64,000 bases of DNA, from IMG/VR virus record IMGVR_UViG_3300043464_002284, positions 173,916-237,915 of that record. One strand, given 5' to 3'. The first letter of the stretch is position 1; each line of letters opens with the position of its first letter. The notes below the pieces were generated by a model. That model did no database searches, had not been told where the DNA came from, and saw nothing but the letters and a program-made list of their open reading frames with translations. Of the stretch, positions 36,772 to 45,294 are shown one piece after another. The position numbers and the translations under genes are program-made.

Positions 36772-37521
36772 ATGTCAAAATCGGCTATCTTTACTACCTA
36801 TTTTTCTCAAAAAAAACACCCTAACGATCCAAATGATCAGGCTGTAATAGGTAGAGGTAACGATGGTAGGGTATTGCAAAACTCAATCAAATACATAGAA
36901 CCTTGGTATGATTCGGTCGATAAGCTCAAAATTAATGGCGTTGTTTTTTACGATAATCTAGATAAAGACTTTATAAAAAAACATGAAACCGACTTGATTA
37001 AGTTCGTAAAAGTAGAGACATCAGAATATTCCAATAACGACTGGAGATTTTTTTGTTATCGTAAATATCTGGAAGACAACCCAGTAGACTCTGTATTTTT
37101 ATCAGATGGCTCAGATGTGATCGTTGTTCAAGAACCGTCCGACATTCTTAAAAAATATCCAGAAACAGACATATTCGTTTGTAAAGACTCAATCAAATTA
37201 TTCCAGTTTCCATACATATCAATACACAGAGAAGCTAAATGGGATGGGTATATATTTTTCTTATTGAACCAATATAAGCTAGATTTAATAAATATGGGTG
37301 TGATTGGCGGCGATTATAGCAATATTATGGATTTCTTGGATAAGTTTTGCCTTACAAGACTACAATTAGGCTCCCCAGATTTTAATTCGGACATGTGGAT
37401 CGGACAGTATGTTTTTAGATATTTAATGCAAAACAAGAATATACTAATTGGAGATCCATTTACCAGTAATTTTAAACAATACGAATACTCTAGAAAGGAT
37501 GTATATTTTATTCACAAATGA
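36772..37521 (+). CDS. GT-A-like putative glycosyltransferase
   Basis: VFLSDGSDVIV and LINMGVIGG, reminiscent of the lysyl-hydroxylase (PLOD) GT domain motifs FTDSYDV/LNSGGFIG. Confidence 0.55.
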   Translation: MSKSAIFTTYFSQKKHPNDPNDQAVIGRGNDGRVLQNSIKYIEPWYDSVDKLKINGVVFYDNLDKDFIKKHETDLIKFVKVETSEYSNNDWRFFCYRKYLEDNPVDSVFLSDGSDVIVVQEPSDILKKYPETDIFVCKDSIKLFQFPYISIHREAKWDGYIFFLLNQYKLDLINMGVIGGDYSNIMDFLDKFCLTRLQLGSPDFNSDMWIGQYVFRYLMQNKNILIGDPFTSNFKQYEYSRKDVYFIHK

Positions 37522-38432
37522 AATTTCATCTTATTAGCGATGGCTCGATACCAGTACCTCCCGTAATGGGATGGGGAGCATTAGAACGTGTAGTCTGGGC
37601 CTATAAAATAGAATTAGAAAAAGCTGGACACGAAGTCCTTATATCTAATCACATAGAAGACTTTATGGTTCTAGAAGACTATCGAAAATTCAAACCAGAC
37701 GTTGTACATAATCATCTAGGTAAGCACTATATGCCATTTAGTATGATGAAAGCACAACACAAGATTTTTACTAATCACGGAGGTGCTTTTAGATATTCAA
37801 TATCTTTTTGGAAAAGCATTTTGCCATTTTTACAAAAATCAAAAGCATTTATATTATCTAATATAGAAGAGTCCTTTTTTTTGGCTAATAATATAGATAC
37901 TCAAATTATGCCTAATGGAGTATTTTGTGATGAGATATCTTTCAACAACCAAGCAAAATATGATGCTTCTATATATCTAGGTAAAATAATGTCTATAAAA
38001 AGACAGGCAATTTTCCAGAGATTGGGTTTAGATGTAGTATATGTAGGAAATCAAGAAGACAGCAATTTTAATTACTCATCAGATAGGTACCTAGGCTCTT
38101 GGAATTACGAACAAGTTAAGGCTAACTTAACCCAATTCAGTAATCTTGTGTTACTCAGCCAGGACGAACTTCAGCCCTTGGTGTGTTTAGAAGCAATGTC
38201 TGCTGGTCTTGGACTAGTATTATCAGAGCCAGCAAGTCAATCACTAGATAAAACCAAACCCTGGATAACAGTAATACCAGAAACAAGAATTCAAGACATA
38301 GACTATATTAATAATACTATATCTAACAATAGACAAATTAGCAATCTAATGAGAACAGAGATTAGAACATATGCAAAAACTTTTGACTGGTCTAATATTA
38401 TTACAAATTACCTATCACAAATCATAATATGA
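37518..38432 (+). CDS. GT4-like glycosyltransferase
   Basis: PVPPVMGWGALERVV; ELQPLVCLEAMSAG (Ex7E); FDW. Confidence 0.8.
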   Translation: MKFHLISDGSIPVPPVMGWGALERVVWAYKIELEKAGHEVLISNHIEDFMVLEDYRKFKPDVVHNHLGKHYMPFSMMKAQHKIFTNHGGAFRYSISFWKSILPFLQKSKAFILSNIEESFFLANNIDTQIMPNGVFCDEISFNNQAKYDASIYLGKIMSIKRQAIFQRLGLDVVYVGNQEDSNFNYSSDRYLGSWNYEQVKANLTQFSNLVLLSQDELQPLVCLEAMSAGLGLVLSEPASQSLDKTKPWITVIPETRIQDIDYINNTISNNRQISNLMRTEIRTYAKTFDWSNIITNYLSQIII

Positions 38433-39100
38433 ACATACAAACAATATTATTTATGTGTAATGATTTCGAACGAGCTTTCTTTACACTACACTCTTTTCGT
38501 AGACATCATTCCAATATCCCAATAAGAGTAATTAATGCTGGTGGTAAAGATCCATCAAAGTATTTATCTTCTATTGGCGTGGAAGTAATAAATACAGACA
38601 ATCTATGGCATAAAAAAACCCACTGCGGTGTTGGATCTTTCAGCCCAGACTTTGCTAATCATCTATTTGAATACGGACTAAATCCTAAATATGACTACAC
38701 TCTATTCCTAGAAACAGATGTCCTAACAAATAGAACCATAAAGATTAAACCAAAGTATCACATCTCTGGGGTAACAAATCCATGTGGACCAAAAGAATCT
38801 ATTCTATATACTCACTTGGGTATTACTAATAATTTCTTACACACAGGATGTGGCGGAACTATCTTTTCTAAAGAATATTTTAGTCATATACATAATACAA
38901 ATTTTCACTTTTTTACTGAAATGTTTATTAAGTATCCGGAAAATTATTTTATGGATCTTATCCTCACCCTGGCTGCTAGAACAGCAGGACTGTCTTTTGG
39001 ATATTGGGAAGAGGTATCTAATATCCCCATACATTTTATTGGAGATAAACAATATAATGCAAACTATAACCAAACACTAGTACATAATTTTAAAATATGA
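38429..39100 (+). CDS. GT-A-like putative glycosyltransferase
   Basis: LFLETDVL DxD-like motif, GCGGTIF; cluster context. Confidence 0.55.
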   Translation: MNIQTILFMCNDFERAFFTLHSFRRHHSNIPIRVINAGGKDPSKYLSSIGVEVINTDNLWHKKTHCGVGSFSPDFANHLFEYGLNPKYDYTLFLETDVLTNRTIKIKPKYHISGVTNPCGPKESILYTHLGITNNFLHTGCGGTIFSKEYFSHIHNTNFHFFTEMFIKYPENYFMDLILTLAARTAGLSFGYWEEVSNIPIHFIGDKQYNANYNQTLVHNFKI

Positions 39101-39930
39101 GCAATCGTTTACTATATATATATCAGAAAGAGAGAGTATTAAAAGTCTATCATGGGGCAGAAGTCTATGAATCCAGAGGTATAATACTTGAAAAGATGAT
39201 AAAAGAAGCAGCAGAGTCTCAGGAGATAAATCAAAACTATAGATTTTTGATTAACACAGATGACTCCCCAATACAACATAATATTAATGGCATATCCTGT
39301 TATTCTTTTAGCACAATAACAAAAGACTACGATCATTGCTGTCCGTGTTATATTTTTCATAGCTGGCCCGAAGTAGGTATCGACAACTATTCTCGTCTGA
39401 CGGATTCCTTTATCGACTCTGAACCAGAATCATCAAAAGTTGGATGGATAGGACATCCAATGAGTATACCAAGAAAAATATTTAACGCTTATTATTCTAA
39501 CACATATTTTAGTCAAAGCCTAATTAATGATTGGAATAGATCAGACCCAAAACAACTACATATTCACACTAAAACATATTTGACTTTTCAGCAACAAATA
39601 GACAAATGGAAATACCTGATAGACTTCGAAGGAGCAGGATATTCTGGCAGAACTAAAATTTTATTAAATTCTCCTAGAATTGTTTTCTTTGTGGATCGAG
39701 AATATCAAGAATTTTGGCAGAAAAAATTAATACCCTGGAAACATTATGTTCCAGTTAAAAAAGACCTATCTGATCTGGAAGAAAACTACTCTAAAATAGA
39801 AAAAGATAAAGATTTACAACGATATATTAAAAATGAACAAAAACAATTTTGTCAAGAAAATCTTTTATACAAACACGCTATCCTTGAACTACAAAGAATA
39901 ATTAAAGAAAATATATATGTTGAAAGCTAA
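39097..39930 (+). CDS. GT90 / CAP10 domain glycosyltransferase
   Basis: KWKYLIDFEGAGYSGR, EFW...LIPWKHYVPVKKDLSDL. Confidence 0.85.
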   Translation: MSNRLLYIYQKERVLKVYHGAEVYESRGIILEKMIKEAAESQEINQNYRFLINTDDSPIQHNINGISCYSFSTITKDYDHCCPCYIFHSWPEVGIDNYSRLTDSFIDSEPESSKVGWIGHPMSIPRKIFNAYYSNTYFSQSLINDWNRSDPKQLHIHTKTYLTFQQQIDKWKYLIDFEGAGYSGRTKILLNSPRIVFFVDREYQEFWQKKLIPWKHYVPVKKDLSDLEENYSKIEKDKDLQRYIKNEQKQFCQENLLYKHAILELQRIIKENIYVES

Positions 39931-40930
39931 AATTATAGGTTGTGGACTAAGTGGTGTAACATCAGCAATTATCCTCAAAGAACGAGGATATGATGTGGAA
40001 ATATTTGATAGTAGAAGTCATATAGCCGGAAATTGTTATGACACAAAAGAAAATGATGTAACTGTACACAAGTACGGAGCACATATATTCCACACAAACG
40101 ATGAAGAGGTTTGGAGATTTTTAAATAGATACACATCTTTTAATTCTTATTCACACAAAGTAAGAGCTAATACTGACTATGGTTTAATTTCTATTCCCTA
40201 TAACTACCTTACACGCGATCAGATAGGAAAAGATTTAAGTCCGGAAGAAATACAGAAAACTATTTTTGTTGACTATTCTGAAAGACACTGGGGTATACCG
40301 TGGAAAGATCTGCCAAAATCTATTTCCTCAAGATTACCAAATAAGAGAGAGAACTATGACGATAGATACTTTACAGATAAATATCAAGGTATTCCATCTC
40401 TTGGATATACTTCTATGTTTTCAAATATGCTGGATGGTATAAAAGTAAATCTAGATGTACCAAAAAACCTTTACAAAAAAATTCTTAGAGATAACAATTA
40501 TGACATATTAGTATATACAGGCAAGCCAGATGATTATTTTGAATATTGTTATGGAGAACTAGAATATAGATCTCTCAAATTTGAGCATACTATCGCACCA
40601 AAGAATGGTCTATTTTCTTGGGAAAACGGGGCAGTAATTAATGAATGCAATAAATTATTATATAACAGAACTGTTGATAACTCTGTATTTTTAAATGAAG
40701 AAGTTAATCATACAGTATACACACGAGACTATCCAGAAGAACACAATAGCACCAACGACCCTATCTATCCCAAAAATTTTGGAAGTCACAACGATAAATA
40801 TAGCTTATATAACAGGCTGATGCATCAACAGAATAAAACAATATTTGTTGGAAGATTAGCTACTTATAAATATCTTGATATGTGGATGGCTATTAAACAA
40901 GTTTTTCAAAAACTAGAATTTAATATATGA
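39917..40930 (+). CDS. glf: UDP-galactopyranose mutase
   Basis: GCGLSG, HIAGNCYD, HKYGAHIFHT, WG, YFTDKYQGIP, LEYRSL, YTR, GRLATYKYLDM. Confidence 0.95.
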   Translation: MLKAKIIGCGLSGVTSAIILKERGYDVEIFDSRSHIAGNCYDTKENDVTVHKYGAHIFHTNDEEVWRFLNRYTSFNSYSHKVRANTDYGLISIPYNYLTRDQIGKDLSPEEIQKTIFVDYSERHWGIPWKDLPKSISSRLPNKRENYDDRYFTDKYQGIPSLGYTSMFSNMLDGIKVNLDVPKNLYKKILRDNNYDILVYTGKPDDYFEYCYGELEYRSLKFEHTIAPKNGLFSWENGAVINECNKLLYNRTVDNSVFLNEEVNHTVYTRDYPEEHNSTNDPIYPKNFGSHNDKYSLYNRLMHQQNKTIFVGRLATYKYLDMWMAIKQVFQKLEFNI

Positions 40931-40943
40931 GTTATGAAATAAT

Positions 40944-42251
40944 TTAAAAATTATTCCTTTCATAAAAACACATATATTCTTGATGTCCAATATTTCTGTA
41001 CTTGTTATTTATCTCATCAAAATGAGAATAAAACTTATACAAAAACTTATACATATCAGATACAGAAGCAATAAAAATATTATCTATACCCATTACAGGA
41101 TTATTAGAAATAAACTTTATCCTTTCTCCGTCTGTAGATAAATGCAGAGGAGTATTTTGATTTATAAAATCTATAATTTGGTGTTTTTTCAAAGGAAAAG
41201 GATTAGATAATATGTCAAATCGGAATTGTATAACTTTCTCGTTAGGATCGGTATTGTTATATAGATATTCTGCTATTTTTGCTTTACCGTATAACATATT
41301 TTTAAAACCTTTAACTGGGCACCTAGTACTACCAACAAATCCATCAAGATCACCTAATAGTTCTATATTGTTATCATCGTCTATTATAACATGTTTTATC
41401 TTAGCAGAAATATGCTCTCCAAAATAATTTCTAATGACGTTCTCATCAATCATAGAGTAGTCGTTGCTCATAGCTCGGTAACTAAGACTATTCTGTACAA
41501 TATTCCAAGAATGCACGTATATATTAACATCAAAGCTGCAAGAAATATCATCAATCAAATCCTTTAAATCTTTATTCAAAAAAGAATTTCTAATATGTCC
41601 TCTTAAAATAATATTTAATTTAGGTTTTGCAAAAGGAACTATAGGTAAGAAAGTAGCATCTGATAAAAATAGAGCACCCTCATCTTTTTCGTCTACTCTT
41701 AGAAAACCGCTTTGATGTCTTAAATATTTATTAGAATTAACAAGCTTTAAAGATATATGCCAAAAATTATACAAACCATTAACAACACTAAAATTTGCTA
41801 CTTCAGATAAATTAGATGTTAATGTAATTTTATTTTGACTATCAACAGAAAAAAATAAACCAGGATATTCTACAGACTCCAACTGAACATATTGGTCACC
41901 ACTAACGTCAGTTACTGGAATAAACCTAAACTGAAAAGCTTGATGAACATAATGAGTTAACTTAAAATCAGTTTTTTTAAATTTAAAATGCAAATTACTA
42001 GCACATATATATGAATTATATGTTGTATGACATTGTAGAATTAGCGGATCATACAACTTTAATTTACCTGGAACTACTAAAGACCCAACAGGAAAATAAA
42101 TGTCATTTGAATTAGTTTCTTTTGTCATATCCTTTTTTTCTATTTCTGGCTTTTTTTTTACATCGAGATTGGTTGTCTTAATTGTTTTTTTATTCCACCA
42201 TAAAAACATATAATAGATCTTTTTTATAAAAACGTTATGAATCAATATCAT
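40944..42251 (-). CDS. AbfB/CBM42-like beta-trefoil fused to a C-terminal GT-like domain
   Basis: LESVEYPG, KYLRHQSGFLRV...LFLSDATF (AbfB repeats); C-terminal IILRGHIR, VYVHSW, RFD. Confidence 0.7.
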   Translation of the reverse strand: MILIHNVFIKKIYYMFLWWNKKTIKTTNLDVKKKPEIEKKDMTKETNSNDIYFPVGSLVVPGKLKLYDPLILQCHTTYNSYICASNLHFKFKKTDFKLTHYVHQAFQFRFIPVTDVSGDQYVQLESVEYPGLFFSVDSQNKITLTSNLSEVANFSVVNGLYNFWHISLKLVNSNKYLRHQSGFLRVDEKDEGALFLSDATFLPIVPFAKPKLNIILRGHIRNSFLNKDLKDLIDDISCSFDVNIYVHSWNIVQNSLSYRAMSNDYSMIDENVIRNYFGEHISAKIKHVIIDDDNNIELLGDLDGFVGSTRCPVKGFKNMLYGKAKIAEYLYNNTDPNEKVIQFRFDILSNPFPLKKHQIIDFINQNTPLHLSTDGERIKFISNNPVMGIDNIFIASVSDMYKFLYKFYSHFDEINNKYRNIGHQEYMCFYERNNF

Positions 42252-42291
42252 ATATTCTCATTTTACACCATTAATTCACAATATCTCACGA

Positions 42292-42319
42292 TTGACAGAA
42301 AACAGACTTTCAGTATTAT
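42292..42319 (+). promoter_or_regulatory. sigma70-type promoter
   Basis: TTGACA-16-TATTAT; divergent GGTGTAAA on the minus strand at 42262-42269. Confidence 0.65.
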
Positions 42320-42345
42320 AAGACATACCAAGGAGAAAACAAGAC

Positions 42346-42876
42346 ATGAATAGGTTGGAGAATCAAAGAGTTTATTTAGCAGGGGCAATGGACAGAGTGG
42401 CTGATCGTGGTGCTACTTGGAGAGACAATATTACTCCATTTTTGACCGAAATGGGCATAGTAGTTTTTAATCCAATAAGCAAACCAACAGATGTAGGCTT
42501 GGAAGATCAAGATACACATACCATCAAAACCAAGCTTAAAGAAAAAGGCAGATACGACGAACTTTCTGCTATGATGAAAATGATTCGATCCGTAGATCTA
42601 AGATTAGTCGATATTAGTGATTTTATGATAGTTAATTTAGACCTTAATGTACATCCTTGTGGTACACTGGAAGAAATTTTTTGGGCTAACCGACAAAAAA
42701 AACCTATCATAGTACATATGGTTCAAGGTAAAAACCAAACGCCAGACTGGCTATTTGGAACAATCCCTCACCAACTAATTTTCTCAACATGGGAAGAAAT
42801 ACAGTCTTATTTGATACATATTCATTCTGCCGAAAACATAGACACTCACAAAAGATGGTATTTTTTTTCAGTATAA
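42346..42876 (+). CDS. Nucleoside 2-deoxyribosyltransferase-like protein
   Basis: RVYLAGAM, WR, VFNP, DLRLVDISDF, GTLEE...A....KP. Confidence 0.8.
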   Translation: MNRLENQRVYLAGAMDRVADRGATWRDNITPFLTEMGIVVFNPISKPTDVGLEDQDTHTIKTKLKEKGRYDELSAMMKMIRSVDLRLVDISDFMIVNLDLNVHPCGTLEEIFWANRQKKPIIVHMVQGKNQTPDWLFGTIPHQLIFSTWEEIQSYLIHIHSAENIDTHKRWYFFSV

Positions 42877-42890
42877 TTTAAGTAGACCAT

Positions 42891-43091
42891 ATGCCCAAAT
42901 ACTATGTTCAGTCTGGACAGATTAAGACAGTAATAGATAGACTAAATCATAAAACAGCAATACTAGATGTTTTACGAGAGCATAGAGGCAAAGGTATGCT
43001 AACTGTTGAAAAAATATGCTTAAGCGAAACCGGATGGACTGCGGACTTAAAATGTTATGATGTTGACCCTTATTTAAAACTAATACAATGA
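42891..43091 (+). CDS. Hypothetical protein
   Basis: Operonic packing. Confidence 0.6.
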   Translation: MPKYYVQSGQIKTVIDRLNHKTAILDVLREHRGKGMLTVEKICLSETGWTADLKCYDVDPYLKLIQ

Positions 43092-43492
43092 TTCAAACAA
43101 TATTTCAAATACAAGACAATATTATTGTTGGGGACTCTAAAATTCACGGTCGTGGAGTTTTTGCTACCAAAGACATACCAGAAGGCACCGTAATAGAAAA
43201 GTGTCCAATGTTAAAACTAGATTTCCCATCAAAATATCATGCTGATCTTAAAGTTCTAGACTACGCCTTTGCTAGACCATCTGAAGCAAATTGGCAGGAC
43301 CACGGATGGGATCTTTATTTGATGATGGGATACGGGATGATGTATAATCATCAAGATATTCCTAACTCATCCATTTCTTTCGATTATGAAAAGAATATAG
43401 CCCAGATAACCGCAACACAATATATTAAAGAAAATTCAGAAATCTACATATCATACGGACCAATGTATTTCCTCAACAAAAAGAAGATATAA
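43088..43492 (+). CDS. SET domain protein (putative lysine methyltransferase)
   Basis: SKIHGRGVFATKDIPEG, MMYNHQDIPN, EIYISYG. Confidence 0.9.
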   Translation: MIQTIFQIQDNIIVGDSKIHGRGVFATKDIPEGTVIEKCPMLKLDFPSKYHADLKVLDYAFARPSEANWQDHGWDLYLMMGYGMMYNHQDIPNSSISFDYEKNIAQITATQYIKENSEIYISYGPMYFLNKKKI

Positions 43493-43496
43493 TACT

Positions 43497-44180
43497 ATGA
43501 ATACAAATAAAATATACGATAAAGTTTTTAATGAAGTCATAATAGCAATTAAAGACGAATACATAACAAAGATAGGAGGAGAAGAGTATGTGGCTAACAA
43601 CCATCATCAGGCTTCGACTCAAGCACACGATGGTTCTATCAAACAAATAGATATCCAACACCTACCACAACTAATCAATAAAAAAATTAGAAACTACCTA
43701 GAAATAGGATCCTATATAGGGGTGAGTTTTAGAATACTTAATGAAATTTTCAGTCCGGATGTTTGTTATTCTGTAGACCCTAACATACCACACAGGGTCT
43801 TTGCAAAACCCAGGAATGTTTTTAGAAAGCTTAATAGTAGCTATTTAAATAAAACAACTTTGCTTGATGCTTATTGGGTACAAGGAGGAAGTCCCACAAT
43901 AGATTCATCATATTTTACTCAATTAGGAATTCAGTTTGATCTTATTTTTATAGATGCTATGCACACATACGAATCTGTAAAATCTGATTTTTTTGAAGCA
44001 ATAAAAATCTTGTCCCCTGATGGTTTAGTATTATTGCATGACGTATACACTTGGCCAGAGGTTGGGCAATTTGTTGAGGAATTAGCATCAGACGATACGT
44101 ATATTATCAAGTACTCTCCTAAAGATGTTGCTATAGACGGATTTTGTACCATAGGCATAAATTATGCAAAAAATAATTAA
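43497..44180 (+). CDS. Class I SAM-dependent methyltransferase (Methyltransf_24-like)
   Basis: YLEIGSYIG, FDLIFIDAMHTYESVKSD, LSPDGLVLLHD. Confidence 0.9.
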   Translation: MNTNKIYDKVFNEVIIAIKDEYITKIGGEEYVANNHHQASTQAHDGSIKQIDIQHLPQLINKKIRNYLEIGSYIGVSFRILNEIFSPDVCYSVDPNIPHRVFAKPRNVFRKLNSSYLNKTTLLDAYWVQGGSPTIDSSYFTQLGIQFDLIFIDAMHTYESVKSDFFEAIKILSPDGLVLLHDVYTWPEVGQFVEELASDDTYIIKYSPKDVAIDGFCTIGINYAKNN

Positions 44181-45294
44181 TGAAATCAAGTTAGATTTTG
44201 ACGATGTCTTAATAAGACCAAAGAGATCAACACTCTCAAGTAGATCAGAAGTTAATCTAATTAGAGACTTCCACTTCAAGAATTCTCCAAGAAAAATTTC
44301 CGCTATACCAGTAGTAGTGGCTAATATGGATACTACCGGAACATTCCGTATGGCGAACGTGGTTTGTGAGAATCAAGCCATGGTGGCATTACACAAACAC
44401 TATAAACCAGAACAACTAATAGAATATTATTGTAGCAGTACTAATGATCATAAAGAACTAACGTTTTATTCCACAGGAACATCGTCTTCAGATATTGAAA
44501 AACTTACATATGTTTTCAATGCCATAAAAAATAAAGGATGTCTACTACCCAATATCTGTGTTGATGTTGCTAATGGATATAGTGAAAAATTTGTAAAAAC
44601 AGTAGCTCACATCAGAAAACTATATGAAGAAATAGTAATAATGGCCGGTAATGTCGTCACACCAGAAATGGTGGAAGAGCTTATTTTACATGGTAGGGTC
44701 GATATAGTAAAAGTTGGCATAGGACCAGGGTCGGTTTGTACTACCAGATTAAAAACGGGCGTAGGATACGCACAAATATCAGCTTGTTTGGAATGTTCGG
44801 ACGCTGCTCATGGTCTTGGTGGACACATTTGTGGAGATGGTGGATGTAAACACGTTGGAGATATTTGTAAAGTTTTTGGTAGTAATGCTGATTTTGTAAT
44901 GTGTGGAAACTTTTTCGCTGGATGTGAAGAATGCGAAGGAGAATGGGAATACGAATATCAGGCTGGAGTCGGCGTGGCATTAGCAGAGCCATTCTGGCAA
45001 CCATTTGATCCTGGGACTGGCGGCCCCAAAAGAAAGAAGAACCTAAAATTTTATGGAATGAGTAGCAAAGAAGCTATGGAAAAACATAATAATGGAGTTG
45101 CTAACTATAGAACAAGCGAAGGAAGATGCGTTACGGTTCCATATAAAGGACATGTTGAAGATGTTTTACTAGATATCTTTGGCGGACTAAGAAGCGCATG
45201 TACATACATTGGAGCATCTAAAATGAAAGATTTTGGTAAAAAAACCACATTCGTAATGGTCAACAATACTCATACAAAGACGTACGACAAATGA
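44164..45294 (+). CDS. guaC: GMP reductase
   Basis: LDFDDVLIRPKRS, ANMDT, ICVDVANGY, MAGNV, VGIGPGSVCTTR, CGDGG, FYGMSS, YRTSEG, GGLRSACTYIG. Confidence 0.95.
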   Translation: MQKIINEIKLDFDDVLIRPKRSTLSSRSEVNLIRDFHFKNSPRKISAIPVVVANMDTTGTFRMANVVCENQAMVALHKHYKPEQLIEYYCSSTNDHKELTFYSTGTSSSDIEKLTYVFNAIKNKGCLLPNICVDVANGYSEKFVKTVAHIRKLYEEIVIMAGNVVTPEMVEELILHGRVDIVKVGIGPGSVCTTRLKTGVGYAQISACLECSDAAHGLGGHICGDGGCKHVGDICKVFGSNADFVMCGNFFAGCEECEGEWEYEYQAGVGVALAEPFWQPFDPGTGGPKRKKNLKFYGMSSKEAMEKHNNGVANYRTSEGRCVTVPYKGHVEDVLLDIFGGLRSACTYIGASKMKDFGKKTTFVMVNNTHTKTYDK

